Below are positions 58,429 to 64,000 of a stretch of DNA of 64,000 nt, piece by piece; position 1 is the stretch's first letter; the number at the start of each line of letters is the position of its first letter. The DNA lies in the NCBI GenBank assembly GCA_964519175.1, contig CAZFKC010000020.1, forward strand, positions 31,963-95,962, read 5' to 3'. The position numbers were made by a program, and so were the translations under genes. The notes beneath the pieces are model-generated. The model was not told where the DNA came from. It made no database searches and saw only the letters and a program-made list of their open reading frames with translations. This DNA is from an uncultured Nannocystaceae bacterium. GTDB lineage: Bacteria; Myxococcota_A; Polyangia; Nannocystales; Nannocystaceae.

Positions 58429-59448
58429 TCACCGCCTGGCGCGCGATCGCGGGTCGATCTCGCCGGGTCCGAACGCGACCGCGACGCCCAGGGTCGCGCG
58501 TATGCCACCTCGGCCCGTGGAGACCGCGGCGTCCGGATCGTCGCGGAGGACGAACGACGGGCGCGCGAGCGCGAGGACGGCATCGACCGCGAGGTGCAGC
58601 TGCACGCGGTCGATCGGGCGCCACCGCAGCGCCGGCCCGGCCAGGAGCGCCACCCACGGCGCAGCGCGATCGTTGCCCTTCGCGACGCCGACCGCGTGGC
58701 CGACCGCGGCCCCGAGCTCGGGGCCCACGCATGCGCCGAGTCGCACGCGTCGAGGACCGAGCTCCCCGCAGCCGCGCAGGCTGGCGTTCCATGCCGACAG
58801 CTCCGCCCTCGCCGGCGCGAGCCCGGGCAGCTCGCGGCCGCGCGCGAACAAGTGGGAGAGCCCCAGCTCCACGCGCCAGCGACCGACGCCGAGTGCGGCT
58901 GCGATGCCGACGCCGGCGTCGATGGTCGGCAGCTCCGCCGCGCCGACGATGCCGGCGACGCGGACCCAGCCGCCGAGCGTGCGCCGGGATCGCGGTCGGG
59001 AGGTGGCGCGCTCGAGCGCTGGCGGCGATGCGACGGGGGGCGGCGATTCGCTCGTCGGCGCGGGCTCGACGAGCGGCGGCACGGACGGAACGGCCACCAC
59101 CGGAGGCGAGGCGATCGGCGCAGCCGTGCTCACCGCGACGGGATCGGCCGCCACTGCGATCCAGAGCGCAGCGAGATCGCCGAGCGCCGCGCAGCTCTGC
59201 GCCAGCTGGCGGTGCTCGATCGCGCCGTCCTCCTGCTCGATCACCAGCACGAGCTGCCACGCGTTGCCCTGCCGCTCGATCACGCCTCGTGCGGTGAGCT
59301 CGGCATCGCTGACGAGCAACAGCCGCTCGGCCCGCGCGACGACCTCGGGCTGCCGAGGACAGCCACTCGGTGCGCTCCACTCGAGCCGCACCCGTGCGGG
59401 CTCGACGGACGCGCCACCGAGCGCGAGCCCGAGCACGAGCGCGATCAT
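58429..59448 (-). CDS. hypothetical exported protein (N-domain, Pro-rich linker, beta-rich C-domain), 339 aa
   Basis: Start at ATG 59448 (MIALVLGLALGGASV), overlapping the GNAT stop codon (ATGA). The upstream part of ORF 58429..59811 is Arg-rich junk. The C-terminal half has an alternating hydrophobic pattern. Confidence 0.55.
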   Translation of the reverse strand: MIALVLGLALGGASVEPARVRLEWSAPSGCPRQPEVVARAERLLLVSDAELTARGVIERQGNAWQLVLVIEQEDGAIEHRQLAQSCAALGDLAALWIAVAADPVAVSTAAPIASPPVVAVPSVPPLVEPAPTSESPPPVASPPALERATSRPRSRRTLGGWVRVAGIVGAAELPTIDAGVGIAAALGVGRWRVELGLSHLFARGRELPGLAPARAELSAWNASLRGCGELGPRRVRLGACVGPELGAAVGHAVGVAKGNDRAAPWVALLAGPALRWRPIDRVQLHLAVDAVLALARPSFVLRDDPDAAVSTGRGGIRATLGVAVAFGPGEIDPRSRARR

Positions 59449-59915
59449 TCGCTCCGCAGCGACTTCGACATGGTGACGCGCGGCGAGGCCCCGAACCGCG
59501 CGCGATCGTAGAGCCTGCGCGCGTCGGGATTGTCGGTGCGGACCTGCAGGTGCACCGCGCCTGCCCCTGCGTTCCGGGCCACGGCTTCGACGCGCGCGAG
59601 CAGCCGCGTCGCGACGCCGCGCTTGCGCAGCTCGGGCACGACGAACAGCTCGGTGAGGAAGCCGTCGCGGCCGGCGTACTCGAGATCGAAGCCCCACGTG
59701 ACGATCGCGTACCCGCAGGCGCCACCCCGGTAGAGCGCGATCGAGACGTTGCCGAGGGCCTCGTCGCCGAGCAGACGCTGCAGTGCGGCGCGCGTCGTGG
59801 CCTCGTCCCACGCGATCGATTCGTCACGGAAGAGCTCGCGGATCATCGGCAACAAGGCGTCGACGTCCGCGACGGTCGCGGTGCGGAGCTCCAGCTCGTC
59901 CATGCGGGCCAGCAT
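59445..59915 (-). CDS. GNAT family N-acetyltransferase, 156 aa
   Basis: Acetyl-CoA-binding motif FVVPELRKRGVATRLLARVEAVAR (Q/RxxGxG/A-like) and the C-terminal NPDARRLYDRARF. Alternative start at 59903. Confidence 0.85.
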   Translation of the reverse strand: MLARMDELELRTATVADVDALLPMIRELFRDESIAWDEATTRAALQRLLGDEALGNVSIALYRGGACGYAIVTWGFDLEYAGRDGFLTELFVVPELRKRGVATRLLARVEAVARNAGAGAVHLQVRTDNPDARRLYDRARFGASPRVTMSKSLRSE

Positions 59916-59938
59916 GCCACTGCCCGAGCACGATCACC

Positions 59939-59973
59939 GGGGGCCGCGCCTACGAGCTCCGCGCGCGGCCCCC
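59939..59973 (-). terminator. GC-rich stem-loop downstream of the GlsB/YeaQ-like gene
   Basis: GGGGGCCGCGC-(13 nt)-GCGCGGCCCCC, an 11 bp perfect stem, 18 nt after the stop codon at 59991. It has no U-tract, which is common at high GC. Confidence 0.6.
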
Positions 59974-59990
59974 AGCCGAGGCTTCCACGC

Positions 59991-60266
59991 TCAGGTCACG
60001 AGGCCGTGCCCGTGACGCCGGCGCGCGACCGCGGCGAAGATCCCCAGGAGCAGCAGTGCGCCGAGGATGCTGCCGATCGTGCCGGCCGTGGTGAAGTCCA
60101 TCACGCGGTTATGGGTCACGAGGCTGCCGAGGAAGCCGCCGAGGAAGGAGCCGGCCACGCCGAGCCCCATCGTCGCGAAGATGCCCATCTTCTGATCGCC
60201 CGGCATGATGGCGCGCGCCAGCAGCCCGATGACGAACCCGAACACGAGGAAGAGTAGAAGGCCCAT
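59991..60266 (-). CDS. GlsB/YeaQ/YmgE family stress-response membrane protein, 91 aa
   Basis: MGLLLFLVFGFVIGLLARAIMPGDQKMGIFATMGLGVAGSFLGGFLG is the family signature. Confidence 0.85.
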   Translation of the reverse strand: MGLLLFLVFGFVIGLLARAIMPGDQKMGIFATMGLGVAGSFLGGFLGSLVTHNRVMDFTTAGTIGSILGALLLLGIFAAVARRRHGHGLVT

Positions 60267-60488
60267 GGTGTTGCTCCGGTCGATGCGCGCAGCAGTGCTG
60301 CGCGGGGGTTGCGACGCGAGGTGATCTGCGCGCCGGCCACGACGTCGTCGTGGTTCCGGGCGATACCGAGCAAGTCACGCGCCAGCGGCGGGTGGCGGAA
60401 TCCACAACATCGTCGATCTCGCAGCGCGCCGGCGCTCGACCAGGCGACCACACCGAGCGCGGGGGCTCGCCACAGCGCCACGTCTCGC

Positions 60489-63866
<3,378 letters not shown>

Positions 63867-63920
63867 GCGCGGCCGTGCGGCGAGCCGCCCGATCGGATCA
63901 CGGGCCGCGACGATTTCTCG

Positions 63921-64000
63921 CTAGGCGTCGCGATCGAGCCCCGCGCGCAGCTCTGCGGCCCACTTCGCGAGGTCCGAGCGGGTGGCGCGGGCGAGGTCGG
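63921..64000 (-). CDS. 3' end of an unidentified gene (partial, runs off the window)
   Basis: The minus-strand frame reads ...LARATRSDLAKWAAELRAGLDRDA, then TAG at 63921-63923. GC3 is high, but the fragment is too short to assign. Confidence 0.3.
   Translation of the reverse strand, partial: DLARATRSDLAKWAAELRAGLDRDA

Noticed and set aside
57240-58583. The upstream 73 codons of ORF 57240..58583 as part of the sigma factor.
   Set aside because: The segment is Arg/Ser-rich junk (MPSSRSRARRSSSATIRTPRS...). The sigma region-2 homology begins right after ATG 58364.

Overview
A 64 kb, very GC-rich (by eye about 70%), densely coding chromosomal window. I saw no rRNA, tRNA, CRISPR array, transposase or integrase. 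The gene content suggests a Myxococcota-like genome, which is an inference: three Hanks-type Ser/Thr kinases, many lipobox lipoproteins with Cys-rich or MopE-like motifs, and a DUF1552/DUF1592 pair. Most long ORFs in the six-frame track are GC-driven read-through. I kept only frames with protein-like sequence and trimmed their starts.

Recognisable housekeeping genes:
- recA, preceded by cinA
- radA
- thyA-folA
- nagZ
- selB
- a rhodanese-MoeB fusion
- a LysM-MepA endopeptidase
- an SLT transglycosylase
- a 5'-3' exonuclease

Conserved modules of unknown or poorly known function:
- rubrerythrin / CCG Fe-S protein / DUF3501
- MoxR / DUF58 / BatA-like
- DUF1552 / DUF1592
- PP2C / PilZ / transglutaminase-like lipoprotein
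- a translationally coupled operon of GNAT, an exported protein, a membrane-tethered ECF sigma and a lipoprotein, which is my best candidate for an undescribed envelope-signalling unit

Other oddities:
- a 467 bp hairpin-dense non-coding region
- a kinase with a roughly 100-residue activation-loop insert
- a kinase placed C-terminal to a six-helix membrane domain
- a 12-nt repeat that places four in-frame ATGs ahead of folA
- AT-rich palindromic operators next to TetR and MarR genes

No clear-cut defence or mobile system is visible. All family calls come from motif recognition by eye and need a database check.
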